Of a stretch of DNA of 64,000 nt, positions 55,922 to 64,000 are shown piece after piece. Both the position numbers and the translations under genes were made by a program. The stretch is taken from positions 26,598,001 to 26,662,000 of the forward strand of contig OZ024756.1 in the NCBI GenBank assembly GCA_964016885.1, given 5' to 3'. Position 1 is the stretch's first letter. Each line of letters starts with the position of its first letter. The notes beneath the pieces are model-generated. The model saw only the letters and a program-made list of their open reading frames with translations, was not told where the DNA came from and searched no databases. The DNA comes from Eledone cirrhosa. Taxonomy: Eukaryota.

Positions 55922-56542
55922 ATGGGTAAGAACACCTACCACTGTGCTTTCTGTAGTAAAACATTCTCTCGTAGTAGTACCTTAAAAATACACAGTCGTG
56001 TTCACACAGGAGAGAAACCATACCACTGTGATATCTGTGGTCAAAGTTTCTCTGCTTGTAGTTCAGTAACTATACACAAACGTGTTCACACGGGAGAGAA
56101 ACCATACCAATGTGATATCTGTGGTACCTCATTCTCTGGCTATAGTGGATTAACTTCACACAAGCGTGTTCATACAGGAGAGAAACCATACCACTGTAAT
56201 ATCTGTGGTAAAGCATTCTCTCAGAATGTTCATTTAACACTTCATATACGTATCCACACAGGTGATAACCCATACCACTGTGATGTCTGTGGTAAAACAT
56301 TCTCACAGAAAGGTCATTTAACCCAACATGTACGTATCCACACAGGTGAGAGACCATATAGTTGTGATATTTGTGGTAAATCATATGCAGACAATCAGAA
56401 TTTAATTCGTCACAAATATGTTCACACAGGTGAAAAACCATATCATTGTGATGTCTGTGGTAAAGGTTTCTCTGACAATAAGTGTTTCAATAATCATAAA
56501 AGAAAGGTTCATGTAATTGCTAAAAAATATATAGAGAATTAA
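55922..56542 (+). CDS. C2H2 zinc-finger protein, 7 tandem fingers
   Basis: Repeated YHCDICGK.FS....L..H.RVHTGEKP. First ATG at 55922 (the frame is open from 55832); stop TAA at 56540-56542. Confidence 0.8.
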   Translation: MGKNTYHCAFCSKTFSRSSTLKIHSRVHTGEKPYHCDICGQSFSACSSVTIHKRVHTGEKPYQCDICGTSFSGYSGLTSHKRVHTGEKPYHCNICGKAFSQNVHLTLHIRIHTGDNPYHCDVCGKTFSQKGHLTQHVRIHTGERPYSCDICGKSYADNQNLIRHKYVHTGEKPYHCDVCGKGFSDNKCFNNHKRKVHVIAKKYIEN

Positions 56543-56884
56543 TTTGAAGATTTTGTCCAAATTACTCATCCATCAAGCCACAATGGGATTCCTGTGAGAC
56601 AGCTGATACAATGAAAATATCCAGAACAGGACAGAAAATTGACAAAAGCTATATTTTCATATTACAATATCTTTGTTGTTTTATCTCAGATAAACACGAG
56701 CCAGAAGTTTTCTTTAACTTTTATTACTAAATGTTCTTTAAAACGGTAATGTTACCATTTATCTGGTAGAAAGTTATGAGTAGATAACAAATGACGTAAT
56801 AATTTATTATTACATGTTACTGCACTGATTTACTTTGGATTAACTTTATTACCCAGTCTAGTTACACAGACATTTGTCACTATT

Positions 56885-57540
56885 TTGCCTCTGGGAAGTG
56901 GCCATGCTCAATATGTTGAAAAGGAATACATATAAACTCTATGAGATGTACACAATGCAAATTTGGGGTACACAAGAAATGAAATGGGATTTCAGGTAAT
57001 CGACAGCATGGGAAGACTTTGTATGCTGAGGGGTAATTGATGTGAAAAGCCTCAGTGGTATAAACCTTTTCCAATCACAGGAAGGATCCAGAGAACTAGT
57101 TGGTAGCTTCTGCTATCTATGTGACTTGATCAGCAGTGGAGACAAACTCTCTAAGAGTATAATAGCTAAAATAAGGATAGGATGGAAGAAGTTTAGAGCT
57201 ACTCCCACTGTTGACAACAAAAGGTTTCTCTCTACAGACAAATGGGAGGCTGTGTGTTAAGTGTAATGCTGCATGGTAGTGGAACAAGGTCTCTTATTGA
57301 TGAGGACATGCATAGACTGGAAAGAAATGAAGGAACTATGCTTCGTTGGATGTGGAATGTAAAGGCAAAAAAGAGCAGAGATGAACTGAGAGAGAAACCG
57401 GGTTAAAGAGGAATCCGAAGTGGTGTAAAAGAGAAAAGACTGTGTTGGTATGGATATATGATGACCATCAGTGATGAGCACTGGTGAAGAAGTGGAAGGA
57501 AGTCATAGTAGAGGTTGACCTGGGCAGAGGTGGTGAAAGA
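56885..57540 (+). mobile_element. Old decayed RTE LINE fragment
   Basis: SGKWPCSIC, GSFCYLCD and RIGWKKFR motifs with many disruptions. Confidence 0.7.
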
Positions 57541-57645
57541 TATACACAATTATACATTATAAGAGGGAATGCTGGTGCTAAACAAAGTTGAGGTAAGGTA
57601 AGGCAGATATGGCAATATCTGTAACTAATAGCACAGACAAGGTGT

Positions 57646-58735
57646 TCATCATCACCATTTTACGTCCATTCTTCCACGCTAGCATGGGTTATCCTGTTGT
57701 GGGCAGTGTCTGGTCGGCTGACCATGCCGTGCTCATACAGGTACTGATTTGGCTTGATTTCTACAGCTGGATGCCCTTCCTAACACCAACCTCATTTACA
57801 GTGAGTGCTGGGTGCTTTTTCGTGGCGCCTACACGGCCACTTTACAGTGTGGGCTGGGTGCTTTTTTGCCGTGGCACCTCCACGACCACCTTGCAGTGGG
57901 GGCATATTGTCTATATGCTTCAGCTTGTACGCATGGGAGGTCGGGTACCCTGTATTACTGCGTGACGCCAGAGGTCACGGTCGTGTGTCATCGTCTTTGA
58001 GAGGTGTAATTGGGTAAGGTCGGCTTTTAACACCTCATCCCAGGTCATCTTGGGTCTCCCCACTCCGCGGTTACTATTGACTTCTAGTGCTCTGCACCTT
58101 TTTATGCAGCTGTCATCCTTCATACGCATCACATGTCCATACCAACCCAGCCGCCTCTCCTGCACACAGCATTTGATTCCTCTTATGCTCAGTCTCTCTC
58201 TCAATTCATTTATGCTTTGTCGTTCGCGTATATTAGTATTACACATCCATCAGAGCATGCAGGCTTCGTTTTTTTTCTAATCTACGTAAGTCTTCCACCT
58301 TCAGCGCCCAGGTTTCACTACCATGTAGCATTGTTGTTCGGATACACGCATCATACAGTCTGCCTTTCATTTTGAGGGAGAAGCCTTTTGCAGCTAGCAG
58401 TGTTAGTAGTTCCCTAAACTTCTTCTATCCCGTTCTTACCCTAGTTATTGTACTTTCTGAACACCCACCTCCACTGCTAATTCGGTCACCTAGGTAGCAG
58501 AAGCTGTCTACTGTTTCTACAGGGCCCTCCCAAAGATTGGTGGTACTTGTTTCCTGTGGCTGTTTGCTGCTTGCTGTCCCAGTACAGCTGCTGCATGTGA
58601 AGCCTACATTCTTAATTAAGCTTCCCGAGATCCCGCTACATCTCTTGTGTACCCATTGTTTGCATTTGGGGCAGAGAATGGAGTTCCTACATATTGAGCA
58701 AGGCCATTTCCCTGAAGGGATCTGGGTTCTGTTGG
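57646..58735 (-). mobile_element. RTE LINE 3' portion
   Basis: SGKWPCSIC..WVHKRCSG..DSFCYLGD..RRLGWYGHVMRM..GRPKMTW, then a 3'UTR and (GAT)n. Confidence 0.85.
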
Positions 58736-59857
58736 AGTAGCTAATCATATTTATGAGCATTAGTATACCTGGGTAATAGTGAAGCCAAAATGCTAGAATA
58801 GCCGACACTCTCAGTGGCTTCACCTGTTTATAAATTATGGCTGGGTGATAGCGATTGTAAGGGGTTGGTATAGCTAAGCACCTTCACTAGTTTCCCCTAA
58901 TAGTAAAGTAAAGCTTGTCTAAGGTACTGTAGTTGCGAAGCAGTCTCACTAGCTTCACTTGATACTAAGCCATTAATAATTACAAGAATTCCGTTGCTGG
59001 AATACTCTCTTCCACATAAATTCTACATTGTCACAAGCTGACAAATATAATCGTGAGTAAATCCGAGTTGTTTCACTAATTTATGACGTCCGGTCATGGG
59101 ATGCAACCATCCCCAAAACCGTCATCATCAATACAATTGAAATTGTGAAAAGGAGCGAAGGAGTCGCTGCCAGTAGCTCAGTCACCTATCGCTAAAACAA
59201 TACAAAGAGTAAGATCTATGGGATGCTTCCTATCAGCTGTATAAATATATTTATTAACATTAAACAAATTATATACAACAGTGATTCAAACACATTCTGT
59301 TCTATGTTATTAGACAACTCAAGGGAAGATAACTACAAGTACAATTCTTTTACGAAACTACGGCTGATAATTCAGTCTTACATTAAAGCACTGTGTACGT
59401 TAATTCATTGATAACATTCATCTCTTAAAATTATTTTAATGATTAGTGAGATAGACACAATAAGTTTATCTGATGATAAATATAATATTTTAGTATTTCT
59501 GCTGTAAACATCTCTACTGTAACAACAACCTACAGTATATATTAATGGTGAGTTATTGTTTACATTCAACTTTAATTTCTAATCATACATATTGTCTTCA
59601 TGTTTTTCTTGTCATGTTCTCTTTGTCAGCTAAGTATCATTTCAACGAAATTGGGTTGTAGTGAGTCTTCATATATTTAGGCCACCCACAATCTATGTTT
59701 TCACCATGTTTCGGTAGTATAAATGAACACACCATCAATTTCAATCGAGCCTCCAAAATGATCGTTTTTGACTTTTTCCAGATAAACGAAGGAGGCTGTG
59801 GTGAGTTACCCCGGATAACACTCTTCCTCTACAATATATGTGTTCACCATGTCTCTA

Positions 59858-59905
<48 letters not shown>

Positions 59906-59907
<2 letters not shown>

Positions 59908-60030
59908 AAAAGAGTCAGGACCCTGACGGCTGGGCTCCGGCCGTTTCGACAGCTAGATCGTCGGGGTCCTGACTCTTTTCCTATTACCCACTCTAAGTGC
60001 GTTATGGTCCAACTGGTTCCTTACTTTCGT
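59906..60030 (+). mobile_element. Fold-back element (17247 family), internally deleted
   Basis: Same termini within (TA)n; absent from the paralogous position in ZNF unit 1. Confidence 0.7.
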
Positions 60031-61340
60031 TACATATATATATATGTGTGTGTGTGTGGTCAAAGTCGTAGGTTTGATTTCCTGTAGCATGTTGTGTCCT
60101 TGAGCCAGACGCTTTACTTCACGTCGCTCCAGTCCACTCAGCTAGCAAAGATGTGTTGTTTCTGTCTTTCAGAGTGTAAGCCATGTCACAGTCTGTTACA
60201 CTAAATATCTCTCAGATGTGTTGTACCTCTCCATTACCTGAGTATAAATGGTGCCTAATCTCCTTTTATACTCTCTGTTTTCCAGGCTTGTGTTTTTTTA
60301 AGTCCTTGTCTTTTCTATCAATCTACCCCACATTGCCTTCCCTTTTGCTGGGATCTTGTTCCAGCTGCAGACCTAGTCCATGACTTTCAGTAGGTGCTGA
60401 CATAGAAATTATTTCTTCTTTCAAGAGCAGTGGATTGCCAGTGTCGGTAGAGCGTCAGACACCATGCTTTACATCCTTTTCAAATCCCACTGAGGTTAGC
60501 TTTGCTTTTTATCCTTTCTGGGTCGATAAGATAAAGCACCAGTAATGCCCTGGATTCAATTTAATCAACTTTTCCCTCTCCTCAAAATTACTGGCCTTTT
60601 GCATATATCAGAAACTATTCTTTCTCCTATCTAAAATCTATCATCCACACATCACATCATATCACACAATATATCTATAATGTTGTTGTCTTTTCTCTGT
60701 AAATACTTTTCTGATCTTTCTTTCTTAATCTAACATTTAATATCTCTAATTAAGATATCCCCACTTTAATAACTTTTCTGTTAACTGTTCATTATCCTTT
60801 CTACCTTATATATATATCTTTTTTATTTTTTTTATTTCAGTGTGTGAGGCCATTGAAATTGTAAATGTTGATTCAAGATATATCAAGTAACTTCGCAGAT
60901 TTTGAGACCAGAAGAGTGACATTATCAAGATCTTAAAAAATTGTTCTCTATAACCTTGATTAAGTTGGTGTAAATTTTAAATTGAGGTTATAGAAAGATA
61001 ATACTTCTGTGATATTAAAGTGAAAATATTTTGTGACAGAAATCGCCAGACAAATTACAAATATACTCACACTGTTGATAGACCATACTATAGTGATCTC
61101 TGTGGGAAAACATTCTTTGAAAGTATTGGATTAAATAGACGCATCAACTTACATAGTGGTGAGAAACAATACCACTGTAATATTTGTGGAAAATCATTTT
61201 CTAAAAGTATTGCATTAACTACACACTGGTGAAAAACACTGATAAAAATCCATACCACTTTGATATCTGTGGTGAAACATTCTCTCAAAATGGTCATTTA
61301 ATAATTAATGTATGTATATACACAGGTGAGAGACCATACC

Positions 61341-61572
61341 ACAATTTCAATGGCCCCACACGCTGAAATAAAAAAAAAATATATATATATATATATAAGT
61401 TAGAAAGGATAATGAACAGTTAACAGAAAAGTTATTAAAGTGGGGATATCTTAATTAGAGATATTAAATGTTACATTAAGAAAGAAAGATCAGAAAAGTA
61501 TTTACAGAGAAAAGACAACAACATTAGAGATATATTGTGTAAATATATGATGTGATGTGTAGATAATAGATT
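61341..61572 (-). repeat. Inverted copy of the upstream intron/acceptor region 60635-60862
   Basis: Reverse complement match over ~230 bp; absent in unit 1 (around 55485). Confidence 0.9.
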
Positions 61573-62031
61573 GTCAAAGTATTCTCTGTACGACTGAGTT
61601 TGATCATTGATAAACAACTTCAGTTAGGGAAGAAAGCATATCATTGTAATATCTGTGGGAAAATATTCAGTGCTGAAAATGGATTAACTAAACACATACA
61701 CACAAGTGAGACAACATACCATTGTGTATCTATAGAAAATAATTGTTTAGCTGTACTTAAATAACTATACACATATGTGGCCACACAGGTGACAAAACAA
61801 TACCACTGATATCTGTAGAAAATAATTGTCTAGATTTACTTGATTAATTATACACATATATAGCTACACGGGTGAGAAAACATACCACTGTATCTGAAGA
61901 AAATAATTATCTAGCTGTACTTGATTAACTATACACAATTGTGTGGACACTGGCGAGACACATGCCACTATGATAAATGTTGTAAAACATTCGTTGAGTG
62001 TAATAGTTTAACAAAACACAATTGCATCCAG

Positions 62032-63582
62032 ATGGGTAAGAATACATACCACTGTGCTGTCTGTAGTAAAACATTCTCTCGTAGTAGTACATTAAAAACA
62101 CACAAACTTATTCACACAGGAGAGAAACCATACCACTGTGATATCTGTGGTAAGTCATTCTATGACAATAATGGATTAACTGTCCACAAACGTGTTCACA
62201 CAGGAGAGAAACCATACCACTGTGAAATATGTGGTATGTCCTTCTCGCGAAGTCATAGTGTAACTACACACAAACGTGTTCACACGGGAGAGAAACCATA
62301 TCACTGTGATGTCTGTGGCAAATCTTTCTCCCAGAATAGTACGTTTACTGTCCACAAACGGATTCATACAGGAGAAAATCCATACCAATGTGATATCTGT
62401 GGTAAATCATTTTCTTACAGTAGTGGATTAACTATACACAAACATGTTCACTTAAAAGAGAAACCATATCACTGTGATATCTGTGGTAAGTCATTCTCTT
62501 GCAATAGTGGATTAACTACACACAAACGTGTTCACATAGGAGAGAAACCATATCACTGTGATATCTGTGGTAAAACATTCTCTCAAAGAGGTAATTTAAC
62601 TCAACATGTACGTATCCACACTGGTGAGAACCCATACCACTGTGATGTCTGTGGTAAAACATTCGCACAGAAAGGTCCTTTAACACTTCATATACGTGGT
62701 CACACAGGTGAGAGACCATATAGTTGTAACATTTGTGGAAAGTCATATGCTGACAATCAGAATTTAATTCGTCACAAATTTGTTCACGCAGGAAAGAAAC
62801 CCTATCTCTGTAACGTCTGTGGTAAAGGATTCTATAACAATAGCGCATTAAATATACACAAACGGATTCACACAGGAGAAAATCCATACCACTGTGATAT
62901 TTGTGGTAAATCATTCCCTTCCAATAGTAAATTAGCTGCCCACAAACGTGTTCATACTGGAGAGAAACCATACCACTGTGATATCTGTGGTAAAACATTC
63001 TCCCAAAGTAGTACAGCAAATAAACACAAACTTGTTCACACTGAAGAGAATCCATACACCTGTAACATCTGTGGTAAAACATTCTCACAGAGAGGTCATT
63101 TAACCCAACATGTACGTATCCACACAGGTGAGAGACCATATAGTTGTGATATTTGTGGCAAATCATATGCTGATATTCAGAATTTAAATCGTCACAAATA
63201 TGTTCACACAGGTGAAAAACCATATCATTGTGATGTCTGTGGTAAATCATTCTCTCGCAATAGTACATTTACTGTTCACAAACGTGTTCACACAGCAGAG
63301 AAACCATACCACTGTGATATCTGTGGTAAAACATTCTCTACCAATAGTGGATTAACTGCCCACATACGTGTTCACACAGGAGAGAAACCATACCACTGTG
63401 ATATTTGTGGTAATTCATTCTCTTCCAATAGTAAATTAACTACCCACAAACGTGTTCACACTGGAGAGAAACCATACCACTGTGATATATGTGGAAAAAC
63501 ATTCTCTTATAGTAGTACAGCAAATAAACACAAACTTGCTCACACTAGTGAGACACCACACCAGAAAGAGATCTGTGTTTAG
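62032..63582 (+). CDS. C2H2 zinc-finger protein, 18 tandem fingers
   Basis: 18 canonical CX2C..HX3H fingers with TGEKP-type linkers. ATG at 62032 is homologous to 55922 (the frame is open from 61921); stop TAG at 63580-63582. Confidence 0.88.
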   Translation: MGKNTYHCAVCSKTFSRSSTLKTHKLIHTGEKPYHCDICGKSFYDNNGLTVHKRVHTGEKPYHCEICGMSFSRSHSVTTHKRVHTGEKPYHCDVCGKSFSQNSTFTVHKRIHTGENPYQCDICGKSFSYSSGLTIHKHVHLKEKPYHCDICGKSFSCNSGLTTHKRVHIGEKPYHCDICGKTFSQRGNLTQHVRIHTGENPYHCDVCGKTFAQKGPLTLHIRGHTGERPYSCNICGKSYADNQNLIRHKFVHAGKKPYLCNVCGKGFYNNSALNIHKRIHTGENPYHCDICGKSFPSNSKLAAHKRVHTGEKPYHCDICGKTFSQSSTANKHKLVHTEENPYTCNICGKTFSQRGHLTQHVRIHTGERPYSCDICGKSYADIQNLNRHKYVHTGEKPYHCDVCGKSFSRNSTFTVHKRVHTAEKPYHCDICGKTFSTNSGLTAHIRVHTGEKPYHCDICGNSFSSNSKLTTHKRVHTGEKPYHCDICGKTFSYSSTANKHKLAHTSETPHQKEICV

Positions 63583-63905
63583 GCTTTCTTACAGAGCTCC
63601 TTTAATAATTTGGATACTAGGTCTCACAAGATAGAATCCATACCACTTTGACATCTGTGGTAAAACATTCCCATAGAAACGTCATTTAACCCAGCATCTA
63701 CATGGTCTCACAGGTGAGAGACTGTACAGAGGTGATATTTGTGGAAAATCATATGCTGACAATCAGAATTTAATTTGTCACAAATATGTTCACACGGGGG
63801 AAAAAACCATGTGATGTCTGTGGTAAAGGTTTCTCTGATGATAAGTGTTTCAATAATCATTAAAGAAAGGTTCATATAATTGCTTCAAAATATATAGAGA
63901 ATTAA
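63583..63905 (+). pseudogene. Decayed ancestral C-terminal fingers beyond the stop of ZNF unit 2
   Basis: Aligns with the last three fingers and stop region of unit 1 (~56270-56542), but with frameshifts. Confidence 0.75.
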
Positions 63906-64000
63906 TTTGAAGAGTTTGTCCAAATTACTCATTCATCAAGCCACAATGGGATTCCTGTGAGACAGCTGATACAATGAAAATATCCAGAACAGGACAGAAA

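Noticed and set aside
62516-63268. 250-aa antisense ORF (also 56070-56441)
   Set aside because: Shadow frame of the periodic zinc-finger codons.

Overview
AT-rich animal genomic DNA full of (TA)n/(CA)n microsatellites. The tRNA-derived SINEs, RTE LINE fragments and tandem C2H2 zinc-finger genes suggest an octopus or other coleoid cephalopod (inference). The left ~45 kb holds the 5' part of a minus-strand ZDHHC3/7-like palmitoyltransferase gene. Two coding exons splice in frame across a 17.3 kb intron; the DHHC exon was not found in the window. The right end holds two tandemly duplicated plus-strand C2H2 zinc-finger genes (7 and 18 fingers) flanked by decayed fingers. The most notable hidden layer is at least eight type-I hammerhead ribozyme motifs, unrelated in sequence, in short inserts beside (TA)n tracts. 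Most have a palindromic stem III and several have very long stem II extensions. They occur with a family of fold-back palindromic elements carrying half a hammerhead and with Penelope RT and GIY-YIG remnants. Also present: a complete non-coding LTR element with a tRNA-Trp PBS, a five-copy SINE array, an 88-bp satellite inside inverted repeats, and an inverted copy of a splice-acceptor region inside a ZNF exon. All structures were read by eye; no folding or database search was run.
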